The notes under the pieces were generated by a model that was not told where the DNA came from, did not search any database, and was given only the letters and a program-made list of their open reading frames with translations. Shown here piece after piece: positions 9,432-20,326 of a DNA stretch of 64,000 bases. Every line of letters starts with the position of its first letter. Positions within the stretch are counted from its first letter, which is position 1. The stretch is taken from the NCBI GenBank assembly GCA_040767085.1, contig JAXGPF010000013.1, positions 64,001 to 128,000 on the forward strand. The letters are read 5' to 3'. A program made the position numbers and the translations under genes. This stretch comes from Kiritimatiellia bacterium (GTDB lineage: Bacteria > Verrucomicrobiota > Kiritimatiellia > JAAZAB01).

Positions 9432-12400
9432 ATGCTCCCTTTCACACGTAAGATGTTGATGGATTGGGCGGGCCCGGCGGTGTTTCACCAGGGGCGGGTG
9501 TTGTTTGAAAAAGGGCTGGTGATGGAGGCGGAGTACCGCCATCCGCTGGCGCGCGGCACGATCCGTTACGGGCAGGGCACCATCACCTGCCGCTTCAAGC
9601 TCCTGCCTAATGGCGCCTCCGAGAATCAATGCCCCTGTTACGACAGCCAGCAGCGTTGGATCACCTGCGCGCACGTGGTGGCCACTGGATTGGAATTGCT
9701 GAAGCAGGATGCCCGGCGCGAATGGGTCAACGGCGCGCCGCCGCCGGCCCACGCGCCGCCCGGCCGGCCTTACCTGTGCCGGGAGCCGCCGGGAGCGGAT
9801 GGCGCCGCGCCGGCGCGCTTGCAGCTCCAGATGCCGGAAGACTGGGTGGCACACTGGCATCGGACCGGCCGCGTGCCCGTGGCCTGCCTGGTGGAATATG
9901 CCGGCCGGACGCAGGCGGCGGATGCCGTGCCCACGGATTTGCCGCTGGCGTTTGCGCCCCAGGACGAGGCGGTTTTGTTTGTCTGGGAGGATATCGCCGG
10001 CGGCCCGGCGCCGGGCCGGATGGACCTGGCGGCCGCCGATTTAATTAACTTGCTGGCCCTGCATGCCGGCCGGCACTTGCTGCATGGCGCGGCAGGCCAG
10101 CCTGTGCCGGTCATGAACGCCCGGGTGGAGACGCGCGCCAGCGTCAGTTTGGATTGGCATACGGGCGAGTTGCATTTAAGCTTGCGCGGCGACATACCCG
10201 GCGGCCGTCCGGCCGCCGCGCCGGATGGCGCCGTTTACCTGGTGGCGGGCCGGGCGGGGTGGGTTTGGCAGGATGGCGCTTTCTGGCCCCTGGCATCGGT
10301 GTTGCCGCCGCCGTTGCAGCCGATTTACCAGGGCGCGGTGCGGATCGAACGCCCGGCGGTGCCGCGCTGTCTGCAGGTGGAACTGGATTTGATCGCCCGG
10401 CATATTCCGCTGGATTTGGATTTTGACAGGAATCTTTTCGCGATCGTGCCGGCGTCGCCGCGCTACCGTTTGACCGTGCGGGGCAGCCTGGCCTCGCTTT
10501 CCGCCGCCTTGAACGCGGAGTATGGGGACATCTCGCTCGTGGCCGGCAAGCCGGACCCGGCCGGGTACTTCGCCCTGCCGGATCCGGAAAATATCCTGGG
10601 CTATGCCGTGCGCAACCTGGAGGATGAAAAGCGCGCCCTGGAGCGCCTGGCGGAGTTTGGCCTGCGGGGCGACTGCGGCGATGCGCTCTCGCCGCTTGCC
10701 GGTCTGCGCGAGGTGCGCAATTTTCTGGGCGGCGTTCTGCCGGCCTTGCGGCGGATCGGTTGGCGCGTGGATTTTGCCGGCAGCATCGCCGGCTTCATTG
10801 AGCAGGCGGAATTCGCCATGCCGGTGGTGCATATTCATGACGAACCCGGCGCGGACTGGTTCGAAGTGGCGCTGGAATACGAGGATGGCCGCGGCAACCG
10901 CCTTCCGCCGGCGGAAATTCAACGGGCGCTGTTGAAGGGCGATGCCGGGTTGGAATACGCCGGACGGCTGATCCTGCTCGATACCGGCGCAATCGAAGCT
11001 GTGAACGAAATCTTCCGCGATTGCGCCAGCCGCGACGGCGCCCGGCCCGGCGCTTTCCGGTTGGCCGGCGTCTATACCGCCTATGTTAAAACCGCCCTGG
11101 CGGCGCTGGATGGGATTGATATCGAAGCGCCGCCGGGCTGGGCGGCGCGCGCGGACGTCCAGAACCGCGTGCAACCGCCGCCGCCGCTGCAATTGGCGCC
11201 GGCCCTGGACGGCCTCCTCCGGCCTTACCAGAAGGAGGGTGTGAACTGGCTGCGTTTCCTGGAGCAATGCCTGTTCAGCGGCATCCTGGCCGATGACATG
11301 GGGCTGGGCAAAACCCTGCAGGCCCTGGCCTGGTTCAGCCTGGCGCGCCTGCATCCGCCGACGCGCGGCAAGCCCTCCCTGGTGATCTGCCCCACCAGCC
11401 TGGTGGAGAACTGGGAGGCGGAAGCCCGGCGGTTTACGCCCGGCTTGCGCACCCTGGTCATCAACGGCGCCGACCGGCACGCGCATTGGGGGGATGTGCC
11501 CGCCTGCGACCTGGTGATCACTTCCTACGCCCTGTTGCGCCGCGATGTGGAACAATACCTGGAATACGAATTCGCGGTGATTGCGCTGGACGAGGCGCAG
11601 CATATCAAGAACCGCTCCACCCAGAATGCCATGGCGGCCAAACGCCTGCGCAGCATGCACCGCCTGGTGCTGACCGGCACGCCGATCGAAAACAGCATTG
11701 CCGATTTGTGGTCTATCATGGACTTCCTCATGCCGGGCTACCTGGGCTCTTACGAGTCGTTTCGCCGGCATTACGAATTGCCCGCCGCCCAGCCCGGGCC
11801 GGAGGCCGCGCAGGCGCAACTGCAGTTGCGCCGCAAGCTGCATCCCTTTGTCCTGCGCCGGTTGAAGCGGGAAGTCGCCCGCGAATTGCCGCCGAAGATC
11901 GAGCGGCTGGCGCTCTGCACCCTGACGCGCGACCAGCAGCAGGTGTATGATGAATTTCTCGCAAACTCGCGCCGCCGGCTTTTCACCATGGTCACCGCCC
12001 AGGGGTTCCAGCGCGCGCGCATGGAAATTTTGAAGACCCTGCTGCGTTTGCGGCAGGTGTGCTGCCACCTGGACCTGGTCAAACTGCCGGACGCCCCCAG
12101 CGGTCAACCGTCGGCCAAGCTGGAACTGTTCATGGAACTGCTGGACGAGGCCGTGGACGGCGGCCACCGCGTCCTGGTCTTCAGCCAGTTCACCTCGATG
12201 CTGGCGATTCTGCGCCGCCGGCTGGATGAATGCCGGATGCCTTTCAGCTACCTGGACGGGTTGACCAAGGACCGGCTGCGGGTGGTGAACGAGTTCAATG
12301 CCCGCCGGGATATTCCTGTGTTTCTGATGAGCTTGAAGGCCGGCGGCACGGGCTTGAACCTGACCGGGGCCGATATGGTGATCCATTTCGATCCCTGGTG

Positions 12401-12617
12401 GAATCCGGCGGTGGAGGCTCAGGCCACGGACCGCGCGCACCGCATCGGCCAGGAACGCACCGTTTACATGGTCAAACTGATCACCCGCGGCACGGTGGAG
12501 GAAAAAGTGCTGGCCATGCAGAAACGCAAACAGGCCGTGATTGACGCCACTCTGCAATCCGGCGCCGATTTCGCCGGCAAACTCACCTGGGAGGATGTCC
12601 AGGAATTGCTGGCGTGA
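9432..12617 (+). CDS. SWIM zinc-finger SNF2-family helicase
   Basis: CPC-x10-CAH SWIM motif; LADDMGLGKT, DEAQ, TGTPIEN, SLKAGGTGLNLT, QATDRAHRIGQ. Confidence 0.92.
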   Translation: MLPFTRKMLMDWAGPAVFHQGRVLFEKGLVMEAEYRHPLARGTIRYGQGTITCRFKLLPNGASENQCPCYDSQQRWITCAHVVATGLELLKQDARREWVNGAPPPAHAPPGRPYLCREPPGADGAAPARLQLQMPEDWVAHWHRTGRVPVACLVEYAGRTQAADAVPTDLPLAFAPQDEAVLFVWEDIAGGPAPGRMDLAAADLINLLALHAGRHLLHGAAGQPVPVMNARVETRASVSLDWHTGELHLSLRGDIPGGRPAAAPDGAVYLVAGRAGWVWQDGAFWPLASVLPPPLQPIYQGAVRIERPAVPRCLQVELDLIARHIPLDLDFDRNLFAIVPASPRYRLTVRGSLASLSAALNAEYGDISLVAGKPDPAGYFALPDPENILGYAVRNLEDEKRALERLAEFGLRGDCGDALSPLAGLREVRNFLGGVLPALRRIGWRVDFAGSIAGFIEQAEFAMPVVHIHDEPGADWFEVALEYEDGRGNRLPPAEIQRALLKGDAGLEYAGRLILLDTGAIEAVNEIFRDCASRDGARPGAFRLAGVYTAYVKTALAALDGIDIEAPPGWAARADVQNRVQPPPPLQLAPALDGLLRPYQKEGVNWLRFLEQCLFSGILADDMGLGKTLQALAWFSLARLHPPTRGKPSLVICPTSLVENWEAEARRFTPGLRTLVINGADRHAHWGDVPACDLVITSYALLRRDVEQYLEYEFAVIALDEAQHIKNRSTQNAMAAKRLRSMHRLVLTGTPIENSIADLWSIMDFLMPGYLGSYESFRRHYELPAAQPGPEAAQAQLQLRRKLHPFVLRRLKREVARELPPKIERLALCTLTRDQQQVYDEFLANSRRRLFTMVTAQGFQRARMEILKTLLRLRQVCCHLDLVKLPDAPSGQPSAKLELFMELLDEAVDGGHRVLVFSQFTSMLAILRRRLDECRMPFSYLDGLTKDRLRVVNEFNARRDIPVFLMSLKAGGTGLNLTGADMVIHFDPWWNPAVEAQATDRAHRIGQERTVYMVKLITRGTVEEKVLAMQKRKQAVIDATLQSGADFAGKLTWEDVQELLA

Positions 12618-12638
12618 CGCGCCGAACTCCCTCTTCCC

Positions 12639-12715
12639 CGTTCACGTACCCGTCCCCGTCCTCGTACACGTTCACGTGCCCGGCAGAACGAGATCGTGAA
12701 CGGGAACGGGTACGG
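12639..12715. repeat. Hexamer (CGTNNN) tandem repeats in inverted arrangement between convergent genes
   Basis: cgttca cgtacc cgtccc cgtcct cgtaca cgttca cgtgcc followed by gaacga..gaacgg gaacgg gtacgg. Confidence 0.7.
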
Positions 12716-12721
12716 ATCAAT

Positions 12722-15084
12722 TCAAGGGACGTATCCGGACGGCATTATGCCTTCCATGTACAGCATGCTGGATAGCAGGATATGCCATTTGCCGGTCAGT
12801 TCGTCCAGGAACAGCGGATCGTCTATGCCATCCAGGTCATAATCCGCCCCGCCGGGCTTGGTCAGGATGCCGGCGAAGTCCGGGATGATCCAGTCGGTGT
12901 AACCGGCGCCGGATAATTTCACAACCATCCGATGCAGGTATTGGTTGAAAATCGCCGGGTCGTCCAATCCGTCGCCGTCAAAATCGGCGATCACCGGCTG
13001 GTAATTCGGTCCGCCGAAACCAACCAGCGAGACGGACGCGTAGCCGCTGCCGGAGAGCATGATCTGCCACCCGCCGTTGGCAGCGGCATAGATGGCCAGG
13101 TCAGCCTTGCCGTCGGCGTCGAAATTGCCGGTCACGGGCGTCCGGGCCAGGCCGCCGAATCCCGGCAGTGTGGTTATATTGTAGCCGCTGCCGGAAAGCA
13201 TGACCTGCCATTCGCCATTAATTCTATGATACAGCGCCGGATCGGCCATGCCATCGCCGTCAAAGTCGCCCGGCACAGGCAAATAAGCCGGGCCGCCAAA
13301 TCCGGACATGGAGGCGACGGAGTAATTATTGGCGGAGAGCATGGCCTGCCAGGAGGCCGATGCGGGGTGGTAAAGCACGGCATCGGCCTTGCCATCGCCG
13401 TCATAATCGCCCGGGAGCGGGCACCAGCCCAGTCCGCCGAATTGGGCGGTGGCCACGGCGTAGCCGCTGGCGGACAGCCGCGCCGCCCAGAACCCGGTGG
13501 ATTCCACGTACAGGGCCGGATCGGCATGGCCGTCGCCATCATAGTCGTCCCACAGCGGGAACACCCGGTTGGCCGTGACGATTTCCACCAGGGTGGTCTG
13601 GGCCGGCAAGGCGTACCAGCCGAAAGCTTTCGGCGCGCAGACGGCTAAATTGAGGATCGAGTCCGGCAGGGTGCCTTGAGGACGGTAAATTTTGCGGTAA
13701 CGACAGTTGCCGCGCCCACTGGCAGCGGCCCGATGTTTCCCCAGGATGCGGCCGAGCCCGAGCCGGTTTTCGCCGGCGGGAAAGCGCCCTGGATATCCTG
13801 CGAGTACTCCAGGTAAGCCGGGTTATAAAACACATCCAGGCGCACGGGATTCAAGGGAGCATAACCGGTGTTGGCCACGCCGATGAGGCAGGTGAGGGTT
13901 TCGCCCACCAGCGGGATCTGCCCGATCGGTACAGCCGCCGCCTGCACGGCATACGCCGGTTTGCGGGCAAAGGCGACCCCGGCGGGAATGAACTGCCGGA
14001 TATCCATGTAGGTGACGCTGTAATCCGTCAAATCAACCAGCGAGATGAGATTGGTGCCGCCGCTTATGGTGGGATTGCCGGCGAGGGCCGTTTTGCCGTC
14101 CGGCGAGACTTCCAGGGTATCCACGCCGAACAACTGGGAAGTGCCTTCCGCCGCCAGAATCGCCACGCCTTCGCCGGCCATCTCCGCGTGACCTGGTCCG
14201 AGAATCCGCACCCAGGAGAGCATGTTAAATCCGTGTTCCTCGGAAAGATTGGTGTTTATGCCGTTTTGCAGGATGTACGCCTTGTCGCTGGCGGGGGAAA
14301 ACGCGACGGACTGGCCGCCGAACGGTATGTTGGAACAGATGATGAGCGGCGTGACGCCGGGCACAACCACCCCCGGGGACCGGATTTCATACACGTTGAA
14401 CTGGTTGGTGCCGGCATTGGCGGTGATGACCGTCTTGCCGTCGGGCGAGATGGACACATTGACCGGCCGGTTGGTTACTCCGGTGGTGGATGATAATGTG
14501 GGTAGAAATGTATCCGAGACCAGGCCGGTCGGCGTGAGTTTACCGTATAAAATGCCGCCATTAAAATAATCCGCCATGATGACCGTTTGGTTGTCCGGCG
14601 CGACTACGACCGCGTTGGCGTACCCGGAAGTCACGTAGTGGGTGATACAAGTGGTGAACGACGCCAGGTTGATTATGCCCAGGTTGGGCGAGAAGCCGCC
14701 GTCGGTCACCAGCGCATACTTGCCGTCGGGCGTGATGGCGATGTCTTCGGTAAAGAAGTTGGCCGTGACGTTGCCGGTGACAATCGGCCGGGCGGGATCG
14801 GAGATATCCACGCGGTAGATAGTGGAGTCGCCGAAATTCGAGATCAGCGCGGTCTCGCCGTCCGGCGTAATGGCAACGTCGAACAAGCCGCCGCCAAAAC
14901 TGCCCATCTGGCCGCATAAAAACGGGCCATGCACGGTCGGTGTGGCCGTGCTGAAATCCAGCGTGCAGATTTGATTGCTGGGCGAGTCAAGCACCACGGC
15001 CCAGGGCGCCGCCAGCGCACAGGCGGCCCAGATTGTCAAACCGCAAAGTACCGCAGATCGAACCGTTCCGCGTAGCGATTGCAT
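12722..15084 (-). pseudogene. Secreted beta-propeller + DUF11-like + FG-GAP/VCBS-repeat protein, split by a single-base frameshift (pseudogene or sequencing error)
   Basis: ORFs 13645-15084 and 12722-13609 join into one 787-aa frame if one G is added at 13674-13675 (..TVLKGTLPDSILNLAV..PAQTT..); signal peptide; ITPDG repeats; DYDGDG repeats. Confidence 0.75.
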
Positions 15085-15410
15085 ACCACCCTCCCTTGTT
15101 GGAGATTAACCCTGCTCCCCGACGATCATGCCCCACGCACTTCTAACTGCCGTAAGTATTCTCAAATCTCAAATTATTGTTTTCAATTCGCCTTATACTC
15201 TTTTCCTTGCAATATACAACAGAAAAAATATTGCAAAATTTTCAGGGCGCTGGGACAGAATTTGCTTGCATTGTAAGCTGTCATATTGGAAAATTCGCAA
15301 ATGAAGGCTCATAGCGCCGTCAGGGCGCCGCGATACGTTTTCGCGCCGGCGCCTTGTGGTGGAAGTTGTTGTTTTGGTTTGACTTGCAAACTCCGGTTTT
15401 TTGATCAGCC

Positions 15411-17939
15411 ATGAAAAATATCATCCCAACGAACATATCGCAAGCGCCGGCCCGGCGCTTTTTCATGTTGGCCGCATTGTGCGCCGCCGGCGTGGCGGCC
15501 TGCCGGACGGCATCAGTTGCGGCGCCGGCGGGCTTTGCCAAGCAGGCGGCCCCGGCGTCGGTCAGGGTGGATCCGACCAGCCTGCAGCAGACGGTGGACG
15601 TGGGCGCCAATCCCGCCAAGATGGAATTCAAGGTGTGGAATGCCATGCAGGCGCAGAAGATGGATTATACGATCACCCACGATGTCTGGTGGATTCGCGA
15701 CATGGTCAACAGTTCGACCATCGGCAAAGAAACCAACACGGTTGACGTGCTTTTCAACGACATGACCACCTTCCCCACCGGTGTTTACGCGGGCGTGATT
15801 ACGGTCGTCGGTCAGGACGAGGATAAAGCGTACGCGTCTACCACCCAGCATATAGACGTGGCGATTACCATCGTGACTTTGCCCGCGCCGGCTTGGATTA
15901 CGGCCAGCGACGGCGCATATGACAACCGGGTCGTGGTGAACTGGGCGCCGGTGGAGCCGTTTCCGGGCGGCTTGCGTTATTACGAAGTCTGGCGCGGCAA
16001 TACCAGGGATTTCAACGAGCAGTTTGTCATGCGCATTGTCGGCGGCCTGGAGACCAACACCTTCAACGATTCCTCGGCCCTGGCAGGCGAGATTTATTAT
16101 TACTGGGCGCGGGCGGTCAACGGGTACGGCGGGGCGGGCGTGTTGAGTCCCTATGACATCGGCTACCGCGCCCTGGGTTATCCCGAGGGAATCTGGGCGT
16201 CAGAGGGGACTTACTTTAACAAGGTGCACTTGCGCTGGGTAGGGGTTGACGGCGCGCAGTTGTACGAAATCTGGCGGGCCGATCCGGCCTGGAAACTGGT
16301 GCAGACGACCGAAACCCTCGAATATGACGATTTTACCGTGGAGGAAGGACTGCGTTACCAGTACAAGGTCCGCGCCTTGAAAAACGGGTCGGTGATTCAG
16401 CCGAGTGCATACAGCCGGGCGGTGTATGGTTACGTTTTGAGCCGGCCGTCGGGGCTGGCGGCCACCCAGGGCAGCCTGGTGGGGAAGGTGCGCTTGAGCT
16501 GGACGGCCGGGTGGGGCGCGGCGGAATACGATATCTGGCGGCTGAAAGGCGCGGTTTACGAGATGATTGGCAGCACAGCCGGCTTGACGTATGACGATCG
16601 CAACGTCACGCCCGGCGTGCAATATACCTACAGGGTCAGGGGGCGCAATACCTCCGGCGCCACGGAATTCAGCGGATCGGCCACCGGCTACGCCGGCGCC
16701 ACCGGCGGCGATATCAAAATCTGGCAACCCGTGTTCTTGCCGCGCAATTTGCGCCCGGATGCCTCGCCCCGCATGCTTTCCATGCGGGTGGGCCACTTGG
16801 GCGGCGCGCCGCTGTCCGGCGGCAACGGCAAATTGGCGGTGCGCTATTATGCCTACCGCCATGCCACTGACAGCACGACGTACCTGGGCGGCACGACCGT
16901 CAATCTCGCGCTGCAAGCCGGAGAATCCCAGGTGTTGAGCCTGCCGGGCGACTTCGTGCAGATGCGCTTGCCGGAGGACGAGTATTCCGTCTGGACGCAG
17001 GTGCTGCCGGTTTGGCCGTCGCAGTTTTCGGATACCAACCTGGCCAATAATATTGCGACCGTGAGCGGCCGCATTCAGGTGAATTCGCTGGCATCGCCGG
17101 GCTATTGGGGCTTTAACGATTACGACGGCGACGGCATCAGCGACATGGCCCTGGATATTGACGGCGCCTGGTATGCCCGCACGGTGGATGGCCGGCAACT
17201 GGGTTGGGCGGTCCGATTCGGCGCCGACCTGGCGCCGGTGTATGGCTTTGACATGGACGGCGACAATCGCGGCGAACCGATGGTGTTCCGCGACGGCAAC
17301 TGGCAGGCGATGCTCTCGGCTTCGGGTTACGCTGCCGGCGCGATCGCGGCGGATGCGCCCGGGTGCCGCGCATTGCCGGGAGATTTTACCGGCAACGGGC
17401 TCGGCAACCTGGCAGCGTATTTCCCGGCGGACGGACGTTGGTGCATCGTGGACGATGCGTTGGTTCCGCTGGTCTGGAACGAAGTGTTTGGCGGCCCGGG
17501 GATGCGGGCGGTGCCGGGGGATTACGACGGCGATGGCGTATGGGATTTGACCGTTTACAGGGAAGATTCCGGTTGGTGGTACAGCCGCCGGCTGGATGGC
17601 GCCTTGCTTTTATGGGAGCGCGCCTGGGGCGGCCCGGGTTACCAGCCGGTCATGGGCGATTACGACGGCGACGGCGTGTTTGACCTGGCGGTTTACCGCG
17701 AATCCACGGCCATCTGGCACATTCAAACCGTGCAAGGCGTGGAAATAATCCGGAATTACCGGTGGGGCGGCAATGGCCTGACGCCGGTGCCCGGCGATTA
17801 TGACGGCGACGGCTGCTGGGATTTGGCCCTGTACGAACGCGCCACCGGCAATTGGCAGGTGCGTTCGCTGACGCGCGGCACGATTCTGCCCAAGACTTTG
17901 TGGGGAGCGCCGGGATATCTTCCGGTCGGGGCGGAATAA
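15411..17939 (+). CDS. Secreted fibronectin type III + FG-GAP/VCBS-repeat protein
   Basis: Signal peptide; three FN3-like repeats (ASDG..V.V.W..YEVWR..YYYW.RA); C-terminal PGDYDGDG repeats. Confidence 0.8.
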   Translation: MKNIIPTNISQAPARRFFMLAALCAAGVAACRTASVAAPAGFAKQAAPASVRVDPTSLQQTVDVGANPAKMEFKVWNAMQAQKMDYTITHDVWWIRDMVNSSTIGKETNTVDVLFNDMTTFPTGVYAGVITVVGQDEDKAYASTTQHIDVAITIVTLPAPAWITASDGAYDNRVVVNWAPVEPFPGGLRYYEVWRGNTRDFNEQFVMRIVGGLETNTFNDSSALAGEIYYYWARAVNGYGGAGVLSPYDIGYRALGYPEGIWASEGTYFNKVHLRWVGVDGAQLYEIWRADPAWKLVQTTETLEYDDFTVEEGLRYQYKVRALKNGSVIQPSAYSRAVYGYVLSRPSGLAATQGSLVGKVRLSWTAGWGAAEYDIWRLKGAVYEMIGSTAGLTYDDRNVTPGVQYTYRVRGRNTSGATEFSGSATGYAGATGGDIKIWQPVFLPRNLRPDASPRMLSMRVGHLGGAPLSGGNGKLAVRYYAYRHATDSTTYLGGTTVNLALQAGESQVLSLPGDFVQMRLPEDEYSVWTQVLPVWPSQFSDTNLANNIATVSGRIQVNSLASPGYWGFNDYDGDGISDMALDIDGAWYARTVDGRQLGWAVRFGADLAPVYGFDMDGDNRGEPMVFRDGNWQAMLSASGYAAGAIAADAPGCRALPGDFTGNGLGNLAAYFPADGRWCIVDDALVPLVWNEVFGGPGMRAVPGDYDGDGVWDLTVYREDSGWWYSRRLDGALLLWERAWGGPGYQPVMGDYDGDGVFDLAVYRESTAIWHIQTVQGVEIIRNYRWGGNGLTPVPGDYDGDGCWDLALYERATGNWQVRSLTRGTILPKTLWGAPGYLPVGAE

Positions 17940-17955
17940 CCATGTTCGTCAGCCT

Positions 17956-19302
17956 ATGACCGGTTTTATTCTCCGCCGCGTATTGCAGATGATCCCCACC
18001 GTGCTGGGCGTGATCATCATCACCTTCATCCTCTTCAATGTGGTCGGGGGCAGCCCTGCCGCCATGACGCTGGGGAAAAACATTTCCCCCAAGGCATTGG
18101 AAGATTTTGACGAGCAGCGCGGCTTCAATAAGCCGTTGTTGTGGGGGCGCTGGTCCGGCACCCGCGCTTATCCCGCGGCGGATTTCCGGCAGCATGCCGG
18201 GGCCTGGCGCGCCGTGCCGGAAGCCGTGTACCAGCCGCCGGCGGCCGGTGCGCCGGGCCTGGTCCGCCTGGCGCCGGGGCAGGCTGCCGCCATCCCCATG
18301 AATTTTCCCCCGCCGGCGGGCGGCATGTTGCGCTGGCGGTTGCGCTACCGCCTGGCGGCGGGCCGGGCGGAACTGCTGGCGGCGCCGCCGGCGGGCGGGG
18401 GGAATCCCGCTGTGCTGGGCGCGCTGCCGCCGGCCCGGGACTGGACGTCGCGCGCGCTGGTCTTCACCAATCCCGCCCTGCCGGCGGTCCTGCTGCTGCG
18501 GGCGGCGGAAGCGCCGCTGGAAATTGCCGCCCTGCGCCTCGAGCGCGCCAACCGCGGCTGGCTGGACTCCCAGTTCTTTTTTTATCTCCGGCAACTGGCC
18601 CGGCTGGATTTCGGCGTCTCCAATTATTCCAACCAGCGGGTGTCGCAGATGCTGCGCGAAGGCATTCTCCCGTCGCTGACCTTGACCGTGCCGATTTTCT
18701 GCGGCAGTCTGCTGGCGTCAATTCTGACCGCGCTGGTCTGCGCGTTCTTCCGCGATACCTGGCTGGACCGCGGGATCGTGGTGGCGGCGGTGATGCTGAT
18801 GAGTCTGAACTACCTGGTTTGGATTATTTTCGGCCAGTACCTGCTGGCTTACCGCGCGGGCTGGTTTCCCATCTGGGGCTATGAATCGTGGCATTACCTG
18901 GTCCTGCCAGTGGTCATCGGCATCGTCAGCGGACTGGGTGAAAACATCCGGTTTTACCGGACGATCATGCTGGATGAACTCTACCGGGATTACGTCCGCA
19001 CGGCCTTCGCCAAGGGCGTCAGCCGGCGCGGCGTGCTGTTCCGGCACGTGTTGAAAAATGCCATGATCCCCATCCTGACCAATGTGGTGATTGCCATACC
19101 GTTTCTCTACACCGGCAGCCTGTTGCTGGAGGGATTTTTCGGGATTCCCGGTTTGGGCGGCATGAGCATCAATGCCTTGAATTACTCTGACGTGGACGTG
19201 GTGCGCGCGGTGGTTTTCATCGGCGCGGTGTTGTATGTCTTCGCGAACCTGCTGACGGATATCGCCTATGCCCTGGTGGATCCGCGGGTCAAACTGAGTT
19301 AA
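17956..19302 (+). CDS. oppB: Peptide/nickel ABC transporter permease (OppB/DppB) with a large periplasmic insertion
   Basis: MTGFILRRVLQMIP, LDFGVS, DYVRTAFAKG..RHVLKNAMIP, DPRV. Confidence 0.88.
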   Translation: MTGFILRRVLQMIPTVLGVIIITFILFNVVGGSPAAMTLGKNISPKALEDFDEQRGFNKPLLWGRWSGTRAYPAADFRQHAGAWRAVPEAVYQPPAAGAPGLVRLAPGQAAAIPMNFPPPAGGMLRWRLRYRLAAGRAELLAAPPAGGGNPAVLGALPPARDWTSRALVFTNPALPAVLLLRAAEAPLEIAALRLERANRGWLDSQFFFYLRQLARLDFGVSNYSNQRVSQMLREGILPSLTLTVPIFCGSLLASILTALVCAFFRDTWLDRGIVVAAVMLMSLNYLVWIIFGQYLLAYRAGWFPIWGYESWHYLVLPVVIGIVSGLGENIRFYRTIMLDELYRDYVRTAFAKGVSRRGVLFRHVLKNAMIPILTNVVIAIPFLYTGSLLLEGFFGIPGLGGMSINALNYSDVDVVRAVVFIGAVLYVFANLLTDIAYALVDPRVKLS

Positions 19303-19313
19303 AACAGATCGAT

Positions 19314-20297
19314 ATGCATGATCATCCACAATCCATGGCAGCGCCCTTGTCGCTGTGGCGCGACGCCTGGGGCCGGCTGCGCGGCCGGCGCCTGGCCCGG
19401 TGGTCGCTGGCGGTGATCGTGGGCTACGCGGCGCTGGCGGTTTATGGCGAAGCGGTGTACCGTTTTTACCGCTGGCGCGACTGCACCCCGCCGTACCAGG
19501 CCGTGGCGCTGGAACAAGCGTACCTGCCGCCCAGCTTCTGCCGCCGCCCCTGGACGCCGCCGGCGGAGCCCGGCGCGCCGGCCTGGCGCGCGCCTCTGCA
19601 GGCGGCGCGGCGCCTGCTGCAACATCCGCTGGGCACGGACAATCTCGGCCGTGATGTGTTGCAGCGCATCATCCAGGGCGCCCGCATTGCCTTCCTGGTG
19701 GGGATTATCACCTCCTGCATTGCCATTCCGATTGGCGTTTTGCTCGGCAGCCTGGCCGGGTATTTCGGCGGGCGGGTGGATGATTGCATCGTCTGGATTT
19801 ATTCCACTTTCGCTTCCATCCCCGGCCTGCTGTTCATCCTGGCGATTGCCATGGTGGCGGGCCGCGGTTTGGCCGGGGTCTATCTCGGCATCGGTCTGAC
19901 CACCTGGGTGGGATTGTCGCGGCTGATCCGCGGCGAGGTGCTTAAGCATAAGCGCCGGCCCTACGTCCTGGCGGCGCAGGCCCTGGGCATGAGCCACGCC
20001 AGGATCATGTTCCGCCATATTCTACCCAATATTTTTCACGTGGTCATCATTACCTTTTCCCTGCGGTTCCCTGCCGCCATCTCCACCGAAGTGTTCATGA
20101 GTTTCCTGGGCATCGGCGTCCAGGGTGAGCCGTCCTGGGGCATCATGATCAGCAACGCGCGCCTGCGGCTGTGGCAGGGCATGTGGTGGGAGCTGACTTT
20201 CGTCACGCTGGCGATTTTCCTGATCGTGCTGGCGTTTAACCTGCTGGGCGACGCCCTGCGCGACGCGCTTGATCCGCGCCTGCGCTCGGCGGAATAA
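19314..20297 (+). CDS. oppC: Peptide ABC transporter permease (OppC/DppC)
   Basis: HPLGTDNLGRD, YVLAAQALG..RHILPN, SFLGIG..PSWG, GDALRDALDPR. Confidence 0.9.
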   Translation: MHDHPQSMAAPLSLWRDAWGRLRGRRLARWSLAVIVGYAALAVYGEAVYRFYRWRDCTPPYQAVALEQAYLPPSFCRRPWTPPAEPGAPAWRAPLQAARRLLQHPLGTDNLGRDVLQRIIQGARIAFLVGIITSCIAIPIGVLLGSLAGYFGGRVDDCIVWIYSTFASIPGLLFILAIAMVAGRGLAGVYLGIGLTTWVGLSRLIRGEVLKHKRRPYVLAAQALGMSHARIMFRHILPNIFHVVIITFSLRFPAAISTEVFMSFLGIGVQGEPSWGIMISNARLRLWQGMWWELTFVTLAIFLIVLAFNLLGDALRDALDPRLRSAE

Positions 20298-20326
20298 CAC
20301 GAGTTTCATGGAAGGAGTGCGCGGCC

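Noticed and set aside
10176-12557. 793-aa minus-strand ORF and similar long antisense ORFs (3282-4922, 4709-6313, 24501-25913, 36209-37846, 54090-56294)
   Set aside because: They lie opposite well-supported genes, as expected in high-GC DNA
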